A stretch of DNA of 64,000 bases from positions 6,533 through 70,532 of the forward strand of contig JANQOF010000048.1 of NCBI GenBank assembly GCA_028279215.1, given 5' to 3'. The notes beneath the pieces were generated by a model. The model had not been told where the DNA came from, made no database searches, and worked only from the letters and a program-made list of their open reading frames with translations. The translations under genes and the position numbers were made by a program. This DNA is from Pirellulales bacterium (GTDB taxonomy: Bacteria; Planctomycetota; Planctomycetia; Pirellulales; Lacipirellulaceae). Below, one piece after another: positions 30,280 through 41,511 of the stretch (positions are counted from its first letter, which is position 1; every line of letters begins with the position of its first letter).

Positions 30280-31451
30280 ACCCAATTCTCTACCTCTCGT
30301 CGGGCCCAACCATCGAGCTGGTGAAGCTCGTCGAGCGTCGGCGACGGACTAAAGTGATGCGACTCGAGCACGCTTGCGCAAGCCGGCACGATTTCGGTGA
30401 AATGCAATTCGCCTTCCAGGAACTGACCGACGGCCGCTTCGTTGGCCGCGTTGATTACGACTCCCGCCGAGCCACCTTCGCGAGCAGCGCGGAATCCCAA
30501 CTCAAGCGCCGGAAACCGTTCGAAGTCGGGTGGCTCGAACTCCAACGTCAGCCGCTCACTCCAATCGAGTGTCGGCGCGACGGCCGGTCGACGGTGTGGA
30601 TACTCCAGCGCGTACTGGATCGGCAACCTCATGTCGGGCGGACTGAGCTGCGCGATGACCGCCCCGTCCACATACTCCACCATCGAATGCACGATGGATT
30701 GCGGGTGAATCATTACCGCGATCCGCTCCGCGGGCAAGCCAAACAGCCATCGCGCTTCGACGATTTCCAGCGCCTTGTTCATCAGCGTTGCCGAATCGAC
30801 GGTGATCTTTGGACCCATATCCCAGGTAGGGTGAGCCAGCGCTTCGTCGACGGTCACCTGTCGCAGGGCGTCCATGTCCCATGTGCGAAAAGGACCGCCG
30901 CTGGCGGTTAGCACCAACCGCGCCACTTCGCAGAGATGGCCGCACTTGAGCGCCTGATAGATGGCGCTGTGCTCGCTGTCGACCGGCAACAGCGTGGCGC
31001 CCCGTTCGGTGGCTAGCTTGCCGACCAGCGCGCCGCCAATCACCAGGGTTTCCTTGTTGGCGAGGGCCACGGTCTTGCCGGCGTCGACCGCCGCCCACGT
31101 GCTGCGGAGGCCAGCGCTGCCGACAATGGCCGCGAGCACCGTATCGACATCCTCGTGCCCGGCGATTTCTTCGAGCGCTTCGGGGCCAGTAAGCAACTGG
31201 CAATCGCCGGGTAGGCGCCGCCAATTGAAGCGGTCGGCCGCTTGCTGGTCGGTGGCGATCACCCACTTCGGCTTGACGGCAATGGCACGCCGCAGCAGTT
31301 CGTCGAGCCGTCTGTGAGCCGAAAGGGCGATGGCCTTGAGCCGCCCTCTACTGGCCGCAATCACGTCCAATGCGCTCAACCCGACGCTGCCCGTTGCGCC
31401 TAGCACGGCGATACGCTTCGGACTCGAAGGATCTTCGCTGATTTGGCCCAT
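30270..31451 (-). CDS. dxr: 1-deoxy-D-xylulose 5-phosphate reductoisomerase
   Basis: LGATGSVG, LANKETLV, LLPVDSEHSAI, HPTWDMGPKITVDSATLMNKALE, NAANE. Confidence 0.97.
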   Translation of the reverse strand: MGQISEDPSSPKRIAVLGATGSVGLSALDVIAASRGRLKAIALSAHRRLDELLRRAIAVKPKWVIATDQQAADRFNWRRLPGDCQLLTGPEALEEIAGHEDVDTVLAAIVGSAGLRSTWAAVDAGKTVALANKETLVIGGALVGKLATERGATLLPVDSEHSAIYQALKCGHLCEVARLVLTASGGPFRTWDMDALRQVTVDEALAHPTWDMGPKITVDSATLMNKALEIVEARWLFGLPAERIAVMIHPQSIVHSMVEYVDGAVIAQLSPPDMRLPIQYALEYPHRRPAVAPTLDWSERLTLEFEPPDFERFPALELGFRAAREGGSAGVVINAANEAAVGQFLEGELHFTEIVPACASVLESHHFSPSPTLDELHQLDGWARREVENWVCA

Positions 31452-31468
31452 TGTTTTTCCAAAGCGGG

Positions 31469-31515
31469 CAACGGCTAAGCGGGTAGTCGTATGCCGACCT
31501 GCCGCTTAGCCGTTG
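31469..31515. repeat. REP-like hairpin upstream of dxr
   Basis: Perfect 14-bp stem caacggctaagcgg/ccgcttagccgttg. Confidence 0.55.
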
Positions 31516-31803
31516 TGGCGATTATGTGGATTGCATCGCTCGGGGCCGGTTAGCAAGCAGACACTGGCTATCCATCGCCCGATTTAGAGCCCTATTCAAT
31601 AGACGTTGGTACGATCGCAGGTCATTCTAGGAAGGGCAGCAATTGCGAGCAAGTTGGCCGTAAACCGCGCGTTGCGACTTGGGACCAATCTCCCTAGGAT
31701 GAACCGTTGGCACATTTTGTGCGTTAGCTAAGAGTAGCTTGCGTTCGGCCGCTGGGCGAGAATACCGTATTGGGCCGGCTTTTTCCGCAGTTTTGAGGAT
31801 CTG

Positions 31804-33906
31804 ATGGATAACAATTCACCACCTAACCCCAACACCGAGAAGAAGCCCAGCGCGCAAGGTGGCAATTTCATCTGGTACTTGCTGGCTCTCGGCGTCGCCC
31901 TGATGTTCGTGGTGGCCATGCTCACCAGCAGTTCGAACCTTGAGGTTAATTGGAGCGATCTCGAGCGGCTGATCGTCGCAATGAAGCCAGTCGACGACGA
32001 CAGCGAAGATACCGAACAGCATCGCGGTTGGATCACTGTCGAGAAGAAAGACAATGAGAAGACCGACACCTACAAGCTCTCCATGCTCCGCGACCTGGTG
32101 GTCGGCGACAAAATGGTCACCGGCAAGGTAACACGTGAACTGGTCAGTCGCGAGGGCAGTACCGGCAAACAAGTGGCGAAGCTCACACCGGAAGAAACCA
32201 AACCAGAAGAGATGAAGTTCACCACGTACCGCGTGGCCGACGATGGCCTGGTAGAGCTACTGCGTAAGAACAAGTTCGAAGACTGGCAAGCGAAACCGCC
32301 AGAGAACGCACTGTTCGGATACATTCCTTTCTTGCTGATCATGACGGTGTTCATCGCCCTGTTCATCTTCATGATCCGCCGGATGGGCGGCGCGGGTTCG
32401 CCGATGGCGTTCGGCAAGAGTCGCGGAAAGCTCTACGCCCAAGAAGACATCGACATCACCTTCGACGACGTCGCCGGCATCGAAGAAGCGGTGGAAGAAT
32501 TGCGAGAGGTGGTCGACTTCCTTAAGAATCCTGAGCGGTATCAACGCCTGGGCGGCCGAATCCCCAAGGGCGTTCTCCTGATTGGCCCGCCGGGCACAGG
32601 CAAGACGCTGCTGGGCAAGGCGGTCGCTGGCGAAGCGGGCGTGCCGTTCTTTAGCATTAGCGGATCGGACTTTGTGGAAATGTTCGTCGGCGTCGGTGCG
32701 GCTCGCGTTCGCGACATGTTTCAGCAAGCCGAACAACGCGCGCCGTGCATCATTTTCATCGACGAACTCGACGCACTGGGCAAGACACGCGGCAGTGGCA
32801 ACCTTGGCGGACACGACGAGCGCGAGCAAACGCTCAACGCGTTGTTGGTCGAAATGGACGGCTTTGGCACGAATAGCGGCGTGATTGTGATGGGCGCGAC
32901 CAATCGCCCAGAAACGCTCGACCCTGCCCTACTCCGCCCCGGCCGTTTCGATCGCCATGTGCTGGTTGATCGCCCCGACGTTTCGGGTCGCGAAGAGATC
33001 CTCGAAGTGCACTTACAAAAGATCAAAGTCGACGCTGATGTCGACGTTCAGGCGCTCGCTGGCATCACCAGTGGGTTTGTCGGCGCGGACCTGGCAAACA
33101 TGGTGAATGAAGCTGCTCTTTTGGCCGCCCGCAATGGCAAAGAGCTGGTAGGCATGGAGGAGTTCAACGAGGCGGTTGAACGAGTGAGCGTCGGCCTGGA
33201 AAAACGCAGCCGGATCATTCAAGAGGATGAAAAGCTCCGCCTGGCCTATCACGAAGCGGGCCACGCATTGGTAGCCTACTCGCTGCCCAACACCGATCCG
33301 GTGCATAAGGTCTCTATCATTCCCCGCGGCCTTGGCGCGCTGGGGTACATGATGCAGCGGCCCGAGAAAGACAAGTTCATGATGACGCGCGGCCAGTTGG
33401 AGAGCAAAATCCAAGTTTGCCTGGCTGGAACCATTGCCGAAGAAATTGTATTCGACGATGTCGGTAGCGGTGCGACCAGCGACCTCGAACGCTCTACCGA
33501 GATGGCACGCGCGATGGTAATGGATTACGGCATGAGCCGGCTAGGGCGGATCAAGTTTCGCGAGGGTGGCCGCGGCATGTTCTTGGCTGGCAGCGAAATG
33601 CCTGCCCCACGGTACTACAGCGAGCAAACCGCGCGTGAGATCGATCAAGAGGTCAAACGCATCACCGACGAGCAGTTGGATCGAACGCGTAGCATCCTCG
33701 AATCCCGCCGCTCGGCGCTCGACGCCATCGCCAACGCGCTGATCGATCGCGAAGTGATCGATGGCGAAGAATTGCGCGAAATCGTCGAGGAAGCAAATCC
33801 GAGTCCCCGTTTGGTGCCCGGCACCGACTCCGAGCGAAAGTCGCCGTCGCCACAAACCCCATCGATCAAACCGGCCGATGGTAGCGACACCGCCGAAGGT
33901 GGTTGA
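31804..33906 (+). CDS. ftsH: ATP-dependent zinc metalloprotease FtsH
   Basis: Two TM helices; [42 protein letters not shown]. Confidence 0.97.
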   Translation: MDNNSPPNPNTEKKPSAQGGNFIWYLLALGVALMFVVAMLTSSSNLEVNWSDLERLIVAMKPVDDDSEDTEQHRGWITVEKKDNEKTDTYKLSMLRDLVVGDKMVTGKVTRELVSREGSTGKQVAKLTPEETKPEEMKFTTYRVADDGLVELLRKNKFEDWQAKPPENALFGYIPFLLIMTVFIALFIFMIRRMGGAGSPMAFGKSRGKLYAQEDIDITFDDVAGIEEAVEELREVVDFLKNPERYQRLGGRIPKGVLLIGPPGTGKTLLGKAVAGEAGVPFFSISGSDFVEMFVGVGAARVRDMFQQAEQRAPCIIFIDELDALGKTRGSGNLGGHDEREQTLNALLVEMDGFGTNSGVIVMGATNRPETLDPALLRPGRFDRHVLVDRPDVSGREEILEVHLQKIKVDADVDVQALAGITSGFVGADLANMVNEAALLAARNGKELVGMEEFNEAVERVSVGLEKRSRIIQEDEKLRLAYHEAGHALVAYSLPNTDPVHKVSIIPRGLGALGYMMQRPEKDKFMMTRGQLESKIQVCLAGTIAEEIVFDDVGSGATSDLERSTEMARAMVMDYGMSRLGRIKFREGGRGMFLAGSEMPAPRYYSEQTAREIDQEVKRITDEQLDRTRSILESRRSALDAIANALIDREVIDGEELREIVEEANPSPRLVPGTDSERKSPSPQTPSIKPADGSDTAEGG

Positions 33907-33924
33907 TTGGTAAACGGAATCCGC

Positions 33925-35610
33925 CTAAAGCTCGATCTTTCTAAATAGCGGAGCATGGCGGTAGTACACCTCCAGCGTGCAGGTGGCCATCACCGTCATG
34001 TATAGGCGGCCGCCCTGTCCGCCGTGCGGCGTATTGGGGTCCCAACTGCCGGCGGCGTGGCCGGTACGAACCTGCGTGGTCACCAGCGCGTCGGCCATCG
34101 CTTCGTTCCACTCGCGCCACTCGCGGCCACCCCAGTGGTGAAACAACTGAGTCGCGTAGTACCAATAGTAGATGTTCGGTTCGTGGATGTTCACCGGGTA
34201 TCGCCGCGCCAGCTCACGCACACCTCGCCGCAATCCGGGTTCGCTCTGCTTCCAACCAAGGTAGATGCGCGACAGCAGGCCCTCGGCAGTCATCGCAGGC
34301 GACGCCCGGTGGTCGGGCAGGTAGGCGTAGGTCGATCCGATTCGATCGGTTCGTACTTGATCGAGGAAGTCGTGTGCTCGCATCAATGCCGACGTTTCCA
34401 CCCGCAGCCCTGCGGCCCGCGCCGAATGAAGCGCCATGAGTTGCCAACCGGTGACGCTCAGATCTCCTCTATCGCCCGGCTGGTAACGCCATCCGCCGGC
34501 GTGGTGCTGGGCCGCAATCAAGAAGTTAACGGCCCTCTGCGCCGGATCGCGGAGCATTTCGTCGCCTGTCAGGGCATAAGCGTCGGCCAAAGCGATGGTC
34601 GCCAGCGCGTGCGCGTACATGCCGGCGTTTCGCGAGCTATCGGCCGCCAGGCTTCCGTTGCGGCGCTGCGCGGCGATTAGATACTGCAAGCCATGGCTCA
34701 CGCTGTTTCGGTACATTCCGGTGCGGTGGGTCTGGCCCGCACCGAGCATCGCCTGCAACACTAGTGCAGTCGCGCCCTCGTCGCTGCCCATGCTTCCTCG
34801 TCCTTGACAACGTCCGTCGCAGTCACCGGCGCGGTGAAATCGATCGAGTGACCAACTGCCGTCCGTGTGTTGATGCAGCGCCATCCACCGCAGCGCCCGG
34901 GCCACCGCGGCTTCGGTGAGGTTGGTGCCGCCTTCGGCTTCAAGCACCTGGCTGCGAATGCGCGGATCGCGTGCCGATAGCATACGGCGGTACCTATCGT
35001 CGGATTCCAGTGCGTCGGTCACTCGATCAAGTGGCGGCAGGTTGGGCGCGGCCGCTAGGTCTTCGATCGCCAATTGCTTGGCCCACTCTTCGGCTTCGAT
35101 TTCCTCCTGGCGCTGGGGCGAGTCGAGCGGCAACTCGAAGCCCACGGTCCGCAACCGATCGTCAACGAGTCCCCCTTCGCGTTCGTTCTTGTCAAACTCC
35201 ACCGACAGGTTGATGCTCGGGGTCTCGTCGGCCAGTTCACCCCATCCCAAAATGGCAAGCAGAATCAGCAACAACAGATGCGTGATTGTGCTCATTAGCA
35301 CCGAAAGCAGTTGGTGCAAACTTCGCCACATACGGCGCCTGCGCGACATGGCGATCGGCGGGGCGGTGATATCGATCCGCGGCGTATCGGTCACCTCCTG
35401 CGTGGAGGCTGGTCGTAGCGTCGCACGCTTCTTTCGCGGTGCGGGTTCAGCGATGGGCAAGAAGTCTAGCGCAATCGATGTGCCGCATCGCAGACAGTCT
35501 GCCGAACGCAACCACAGCCGAATCGACATCGGCATGCCACACGCCGGGCACGCACAGGCATCAACACCAGGGTCGAGCGTGGGAGTGGAAGAGTTGAGGA
35601 TCATAAGCAT
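33925..35610 (-). CDS. Membrane-anchored prenyltransferase/squalene-oxidase-repeat (alpha/alpha barrel) protein with N-terminal Cys4 ribbon
   Basis: CPACG..CLRCG, one TM helix, repeated QxxxGxW motifs (HQHTDGSW, AQHHAGGWRY, AAGSW), YYWYYATQ, LEVYYRH. Confidence 0.8.
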   Translation of the reverse strand: MLMILNSSTPTLDPGVDACACPACGMPMSIRLWLRSADCLRCGTSIALDFLPIAEPAPRKKRATLRPASTQEVTDTPRIDITAPPIAMSRRRRMWRSLHQLLSVLMSTITHLLLLILLAILGWGELADETPSINLSVEFDKNEREGGLVDDRLRTVGFELPLDSPQRQEEIEAEEWAKQLAIEDLAAAPNLPPLDRVTDALESDDRYRRMLSARDPRIRSQVLEAEGGTNLTEAAVARALRWMALHQHTDGSWSLDRFHRAGDCDGRCQGRGSMGSDEGATALVLQAMLGAGQTHRTGMYRNSVSHGLQYLIAAQRRNGSLAADSSRNAGMYAHALATIALADAYALTGDEMLRDPAQRAVNFLIAAQHHAGGWRYQPGDRGDLSVTGWQLMALHSARAAGLRVETSALMRAHDFLDQVRTDRIGSTYAYLPDHRASPAMTAEGLLSRIYLGWKQSEPGLRRGVRELARRYPVNIHEPNIYYWYYATQLFHHWGGREWREWNEAMADALVTTQVRTGHAAGSWDPNTPHGGQGGRLYMTVMATCTLEVYYRHAPLFRKIEL

Positions 35611-36324
35611 CGCCGAATGGTTGGCGAGAGTCTCCTATTGTATCCCGGCATGAATACGCATGGCGACATTGTGGCCGAGATCGATTACTACGTACGCTAG
35701 TCACCAAAGTGTTCGCTGCTGGCGGTGTAAGCTCTTCCACATGTGCGATAACAGCGGATAGTACGCCAATTCAGCCGTAAGGCAAACTGCCAACCGCCAC
35801 GCGGACCGCTGCCCGTGCTTATCTACCTTGCGGTGGCCAAAGCGGTCGAATAAGCTAGCGGTTGGGATGAAATGAGAGGAATGCGTTCCGTCACCGCCCA
35901 TTGAAGGGCGGAGGGGATGCCCACGCTATCGAGCACGCGCGCCGACGGTCTGACCGTGCAGATCATTGATGGGGACAAGGTCGACCTGCCCCGAGAGGTC
36001 GGCTCAGGCTAATGTAGGTGCGACGCGTCGACTACGACGCCATGCTTAAGACCGGGCCGACTTCCAGGAACGAAACCGCAGGCATGGTGGCGATTGCTCC
36101 GCGAGGTCTTGCGACGCGGCAATCGGCACCACCTCGCGGGCGCAGCCGATCTGAGGTCTTGGGCGGGCAGTTAACTCGCAGCCGCCAAGCCAAGCGTGAA
36201 CTATGCTGAATGAGGCGTGCAACACGCTATGCAAACAGCGTCCTAACCGCCTTAAGCAGCATTGTTCTCGCCCGCCTCGACAAGCATTGGCAACGCTTTA
36301 TTGCATCTCTAAGACGAGACCGCC

Positions 36325-37539
36325 ATGGAAATCAACAAAGAACAGATCGACCGCATCGTTACCGATGTTCTCAGCAAGATGAATCCGAACACGTGCGGCA
36401 CGGCGCCAAGCGACAGCGCCCCTCCCCCGAAGACAGCGCGGGCGGCAGTGCTCCAGTCGGCGCGTAAACTGGAAATCGTCGAGTTTCCGCTGCGCGACAT
36501 CGCGCGTGACGAGATCCTTGTGCGCGTCGAAGCGTGCGGCGTGTGCGGCACCGACATCCACTGCTACAAGTCGGACCCGTTCAACCTCGCGCCGCTCGTT
36601 CTCGGACACGAAGGCACCGGGGAAGTCATTGCTGTCGGGTCCGACGTCAGGATCGACAGCGTCGGCAAACCGATCCGCGTGGGCGACAAGGTGGTGACAA
36701 GCATATTGGATGCGACCGAAGCCTGCATGATCGCGAAGTACAACCCGCTGAAGGCGAACCTCTGCGACGACCTCAGCGTGTACGGACTACTGCGCGATGA
36801 GCCGGACAACCACTTCAATGGGTACTTTGGCGAGTACCTGATTATCCGTGGCGGGTCGTCCGTGTTTGTTGTGAACGACATGAGCGTCGACCTGCGGTGC
36901 CTGATCGAGCCGGCCGCGGTGGTGTGCCACGCTTTGGAACGCGCCAAAAATTGTGGCTCGGCGCTCAACTTCCGCACGCGCGTCGTCGTGCAGGGTTGTG
37001 GACCGATCGGGCTGTTGATGATCGCCGTGCTACGCACCTACGGCGTGAACAACATCATCGCGATCGACGGCGACCACAGCCGGCTAGCGATGGCCCAGAC
37101 GCTCGGCGCCGACCACCTAATCAACTACAAGGACTACGCCGGGGTCGACGACATGGCCGCCAAAGTCGAGTCGCTAACCAAGGGCCTCGGCGCGCACTTC
37201 GGCTTCCAGGTGACCGGCGTTCCGCTCGCGTTCGCCAACCTGTTCAAGTGCATCCGCCGCGGTGGCGGCATCTGTGAGGTCGGACACTTTGTCGATGGCG
37301 GCGAGTGCGCTATCAACCCTCACCACGATATCTGCCGCAAGGAGATTACGCTGATCGGGAGTTGGGTCTACAACAGCGTCGAGTACCCCAACGCGTACCA
37401 CTTCCTGCAACGCGCCGAACGAATCGGGCTGCCGATTACCTCACTCATTACGCACAAGTTTCCACTCGATCAAATCGAGCAGGCGTTCGAAGTGAACCTG
37501 CGACAAGAAGGGGTCAAAGTTGTGGTGGAAACACGGTGA
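36325..37539 (+). CDS. Zinc-dependent (MDR) alcohol dehydrogenase with N-terminal encapsulation-peptide-like helix
   Basis: CGVCGTD, LGHEGTG, IEPAAV, VQGCGPIG; N-terminal MEINKEQIDRIVTDVLSKM plus a Pro/Ser linker. Confidence 0.88.
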   Translation: MEINKEQIDRIVTDVLSKMNPNTCGTAPSDSAPPPKTARAAVLQSARKLEIVEFPLRDIARDEILVRVEACGVCGTDIHCYKSDPFNLAPLVLGHEGTGEVIAVGSDVRIDSVGKPIRVGDKVVTSILDATEACMIAKYNPLKANLCDDLSVYGLLRDEPDNHFNGYFGEYLIIRGGSSVFVVNDMSVDLRCLIEPAAVVCHALERAKNCGSALNFRTRVVVQGCGPIGLLMIAVLRTYGVNNIIAIDGDHSRLAMAQTLGADHLINYKDYAGVDDMAAKVESLTKGLGAHFGFQVTGVPLAFANLFKCIRRGGGICEVGHFVDGGECAINPHHDICRKEITLIGSWVYNSVEYPNAYHFLQRAERIGLPITSLITHKFPLDQIEQAFEVNLRQEGVKVVVETR

Positions 37540-37716
37540 ACGCGATGCTTCTTGAAACGGCCAACGCTGGTCTGCTTGGAGTGCGAGTTGATCTCAGATC
37601 CAACAAGTGCCCGAAAACGCACTCGGGTCGACAGCCGCTCCGCACGTTGTGATTAGCCCCTCAAACGGCTAAAATACGGGCTTCGAAACTCTCCTTTCCT
37701 CCAAGGATGATCCACC

Positions 37717-40413
37717 GTGGCGGACGACCCAAACGTACCGAACGAGCCCGAGGAAAATGCTGGCGAAAGCCAGAGCCCTGAAGAGGCAGCGATTGCTGCT
37801 CGGTTGATCGATCTGCCTATTGAGGACGAGCTAAAGGACAGCTATCTGACGTATGCGATGAGCGTGATCGTCAGTCGCGCGCTACCCGACGTGCGCGACG
37901 GGCTGAAGCCCTCGCAGCGGCGGATTTTGGTCGCCATGAACGACCTGAATCTCGGCCCCGGCGCTGCCCGCGTGAAGTGCGCCAAGATCTCTGGCGATAC
38001 CAGCGGCAACTACCATCCGCACGGCGAAAGCGTCATCTATCCCACGCTAGTCCGCATGGCCCAAGAATGGAACATGCGGAACGTACTGATCGACAAGCAG
38101 GGCAACTTCGGCAGCGTTGCAGGCCTGCCTCCAGCGGCCATGCGATACACTGAGGCTCGGCTGTCGCCCGTAGCGTCAATGATGCTCGAGGACCTGAAGC
38201 TAGATACGGTCGACTTCGTCCCGACGTACGACGAACGGCACACCGAACCGGTCGTACTGCCTAGCAAGTTCCCGAACCTGTTGGTCAACGGCTCGGGTGG
38301 CATCGCCGTAGGCATGGCCACCAGCATTCCGCCACACAATTTGAAGGAGGTATGTTCCGGTGTAATTGCGCTAATTGACGACCCAGAGATTTCGATCGGC
38401 GGATTGATGGAGCACATCACTGGGCCCGACTTCCCAACCGGTGGCATCATCTGCGGCAAGAGTGGCATTCTCAAAGGTTACCAGACCGGTCGCAGCACCG
38501 TGGTGGTCCGGTCGCGGACGAGCATCGACGAGGCCGGCAAGAAAGCGCGGATTGTCGTGCACGACATCCCCTACCAGCAAACACGCGACGCGATGGTCAA
38601 GAAGATCGCGACGCTCGCCAGCGACGGCAAAGTGCCCGGCATAAGCGACGTCCGCGACGAGAGTGACTTGAAAGAACCGGTGCGGATCGTCATCGAACTC
38701 AAGCGCGACGGCGACCCCGACGTCGTACTCAACCAGCTCTACAAGTACTCGCCGCTGCAAGACACGTTCAGCGTAATCTTCCTCGCGCTGGTCGACGGCA
38801 AGCCACGAGTGCTGAACCTCAAGGAGATGCTGCAGGAGTTCGTTCGTCACCGCGTGACGGTGATCCGCCGGCGGACACAGTTCCTGCTCGCCCGGGCACG
38901 GCGCCGCAAGCACACGGTGCAGGGCCTGTTACTCGCGCATGCGAACATCGACGAAGTGATCCGCGTGATTCGGGCTTCGAAGACGCAGCCCGAGGCGAAA
39001 CGAGCCTTGATGAAGATCAAAACGCCAGGCGCGCTGCTAAAGCGGGCGCTGGGCGACGAGGGGTTTGCCCAATTCCAGGACGAGCGTGGTGTGGCTGAGG
39101 AATACTCGCTAACGCCGGTGCAGGCCGATGCCATCTTGAAGATGACGCTCGGCCAGCTGGTAAACCTTGAGCAAGAGAAGCTTGCCGACGAGCATGCCCA
39201 ACTGCTGAAGCAGATCGCTGAGTACGTGTCGATCCTCGCCGACGAAGCCCGTATCTACGCGATGATCCGCGACGACATGGAAGAGTTAATGAACTCGCGC
39301 CATGCCGACGTCCGGCGTACCGAAGTCTCCGACGAGGAGATTGGCGAAGTGAACATGGAAGACCTCATCGAAGAAGAAACGATGGTGGTTTCCATTTCGC
39401 ACAACGGTTACATCAAGCGAACGCCGGCCAGCACCTATCGCGCCCAGCGACGCGGCGGCAAAGGGATCAAAGGAGCGACCGTCGACGACGACGACCCCGT
39501 CGAACATCTGTTTGTCACCAGCACGCACGACTATTTGCTGTTCTTCACCAACCACGGCAAAGTCTACTGGCAGAAGGTTTACAACCTGCCGGCATTGTCG
39601 CGCGAAAGCAAGGGACGCGCGGTCGTGAATCTGCTCAACCTGGCCGAAGGTGAAAAGATTGCTGATTGCCGGGCAATCCGCGACTTCGGCCTGCCCGACC
39701 ACTACTTGATGATGGCCACGCGCCAAGGCCTGGTGAAAAAGACCGAACTGAAGGCCTACAGCCGACCCATGAAGACCGGCATCATCGCCATCAAATTGAA
39801 AGATGGTGACGAGCTGGTCGACGTGGTGGTCACCAAGCCCGGCGACGAAATCTTGCTCGCCACCGCCTCTGGTATGGCCATCCGCTTCAGCGAGGCCGAC
39901 GCTCGCCCAATGGGCCGCAATACATCGGGCGTTAAAGGAATCAACCTGATAAAGGGCGATTCACTAGCCGGCATGGTCGTCGCCGACCCAGAGGCCACGC
40001 TGCTAACCGCCACCGAACACGGATTTGGCAAACGGACGCCATTCGGGCCTAATTCTTCCGGTGATTCCCCGCCCACAGACGGGGAAGGGGCCAACGACGC
40101 TGAAGACGAAGCCTCCAGCAGCTTTAAGTACCGGACGCAAAATCGAGGCGGCAAGGGGCTCCGCGACATCAAGACGACCGAGCGAAACGGCCCCGTCATC
40201 GGCATCACGCGTGTGACCGACGAAGACGAACTGTTGATGATGACTGCCCGCGGAAAGATTCAACGGATCAAGGCCAGCGACATCGGCACCATCGGCCGCA
40301 ACACGCAGGGGGTGAATATCATGACCCTCGGCGACGACGACACGCTTACCGCCATCGTCCGCGTACCGGCCGAGGAACGGGATGACGAAGCCGGCGCGGA
40401 AGCGGAAGTGTGA
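37717..40413 (+). CDS. gyrA: DNA gyrase subunit A
   Basis: [28 protein letters not shown], GyrA box QRRGGKG, beta-pinwheel repeats. Confidence 0.97.
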   Translation: MADDPNVPNEPEENAGESQSPEEAAIAARLIDLPIEDELKDSYLTYAMSVIVSRALPDVRDGLKPSQRRILVAMNDLNLGPGAARVKCAKISGDTSGNYHPHGESVIYPTLVRMAQEWNMRNVLIDKQGNFGSVAGLPPAAMRYTEARLSPVASMMLEDLKLDTVDFVPTYDERHTEPVVLPSKFPNLLVNGSGGIAVGMATSIPPHNLKEVCSGVIALIDDPEISIGGLMEHITGPDFPTGGIICGKSGILKGYQTGRSTVVVRSRTSIDEAGKKARIVVHDIPYQQTRDAMVKKIATLASDGKVPGISDVRDESDLKEPVRIVIELKRDGDPDVVLNQLYKYSPLQDTFSVIFLALVDGKPRVLNLKEMLQEFVRHRVTVIRRRTQFLLARARRRKHTVQGLLLAHANIDEVIRVIRASKTQPEAKRALMKIKTPGALLKRALGDEGFAQFQDERGVAEEYSLTPVQADAILKMTLGQLVNLEQEKLADEHAQLLKQIAEYVSILADEARIYAMIRDDMEELMNSRHADVRRTEVSDEEIGEVNMEDLIEEETMVVSISHNGYIKRTPASTYRAQRRGGKGIKGATVDDDDPVEHLFVTSTHDYLLFFTNHGKVYWQKVYNLPALSRESKGRAVVNLLNLAEGEKIADCRAIRDFGLPDHYLMMATRQGLVKKTELKAYSRPMKTGIIAIKLKDGDELVDVVVTKPGDEILLATASGMAIRFSEADARPMGRNTSGVKGINLIKGDSLAGMVVADPEATLLTATEHGFGKRTPFGPNSSGDSPPTDGEGANDAEDEASSSFKYRTQNRGGKGLRDIKTTERNGPVIGITRVTDEDELLMMTARGKIQRIKASDIGTIGRNTQGVNIMTLGDDDTLTAIVRVPAEERDDEAGAEAEV

Positions 40414-40419
40414 ATCGAT

Positions 40420-41319
40420 CTACATCGCGCATACCTCGACGTGCTGTTTCGCATAGTCCTTCAACACTTCGACAAACTTCTGCAACAATTTGCTGTGGTA
40501 GCGGTAGGGGTTGGTCATGTAGGCGATTCGGCGGCGGGGCGCTTCGCCCGCGAGTGAACGATAAACTCGTTTCGGATGGCGATCGGTGCGGCGGGTCATT
40601 TCGGGAATGAGCGACACGCCATGGCCAAGCGCCACCAGCTCAAGCACCGTCGCCAGTTGGTGCGTCTCGCTGGTGGCGACCGGTTGAATTCGCTTTCGCT
40701 CGCAAAAACTCTGCACTTCGCTGCTCAGGCAATGCGCTTCGCTCAACAGCACAAACGCATACTTCTCGACATCGCGGGCTCGGATGCGCTCGACCTCCAC
40801 CAGCGGATGATCCGACGGCATCACCAACATCAGTTCCTCGGTAAACAGAGGTTGTATGTCCAGGTACTTCGCTTCGGCCGGCTGCGCGAGCAACGCCAGG
40901 TCGATTTCGCCGGCGTGGGCCCGCTTAATGCACTCGGCGGTGACGCACTCGTGCACTTCGATATGTGCTTGCGGAAATCGCTCGGTTGCCAACTTCAGGG
41001 CGCCCGGCAAGAAGTAGGGAGCGATTGTCGGAATAGCCGCGATATGGAGCGTGCCGGTCTGGCCGTCGTCAGCAATCTCGGCCTTCGTATCGTCGATGAG
41101 CGTAACAATCTGCCCTGCCCGTTCCAGCAGCAACTCGCCGGCATCGGTCAACTTCAATCGCCTGCCACCACGCTCGAAAACGGGCTGCCCAAGTTCCTCT
41201 TCGAGTTTGGCAATCGACCGGCTTAGCGCCGGCTGGCTGACAAGCAGTTCACGGGCGGCCGCGGAGAAGCTCCCACACTCTGCAATTCGCCTGAAGTATT
41301 GGAGTTGCAAGACTTCCAT
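40420..41319 (-). CDS. LysR-family regulator, OxyR-like
   Basis: HTH SFSAAAREL.VSQPALSRSIAKLEEELG; IPTIAPYFLP; HCLSSEVQSFC with two Cys nine residues apart. Confidence 0.85.
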   Translation of the reverse strand: MEVLQLQYFRRIAECGSFSAAARELLVSQPALSRSIAKLEEELGQPVFERGGRRLKLTDAGELLLERAGQIVTLIDDTKAEIADDGQTGTLHIAAIPTIAPYFLPGALKLATERFPQAHIEVHECVTAECIKRAHAGEIDLALLAQPAEAKYLDIQPLFTEELMLVMPSDHPLVEVERIRARDVEKYAFVLLSEAHCLSSEVQSFCERKRIQPVATSETHQLATVLELVALGHGVSLIPEMTRRTDRHPKRVYRSLAGEAPRRRIAYMTNPYRYHSKLLQKFVEVLKDYAKQHVEVCAM

Positions 41320-41511
41320 CGATGCCCGAAACCCAACTGCAGTTTGACCAGAACCCTGAAGTACACATCTGAAACGGACCCATACAATTCTAGCATCGAG
41401 TAGGAGAGGGAGGTACAAAGTAGCTCACCTCGCGGACGCTCATCGTGGGCAGATCGCTGGACCGCCTAGTGCAGGTGAGTCAATTGCGCCCTGCTTCATT
41501 GGTTTGGCAGG

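Noticed and set aside
18065-30911. Many long plus-strand ORFs opposite mfd, cysNC, rseP and dxr (e.g. 18897..19991, 24233..25285, 29197..30255)
   Set aside because: Shadow ORFs of well-supported minus-strand genes.
35650-36320. 670-nt gap with several 60-85 aa ORFs before the ADH gene
   Set aside because: I translated part of it in alternative frames and recognised no family, RNA motif or clear repeat; left unannotated.
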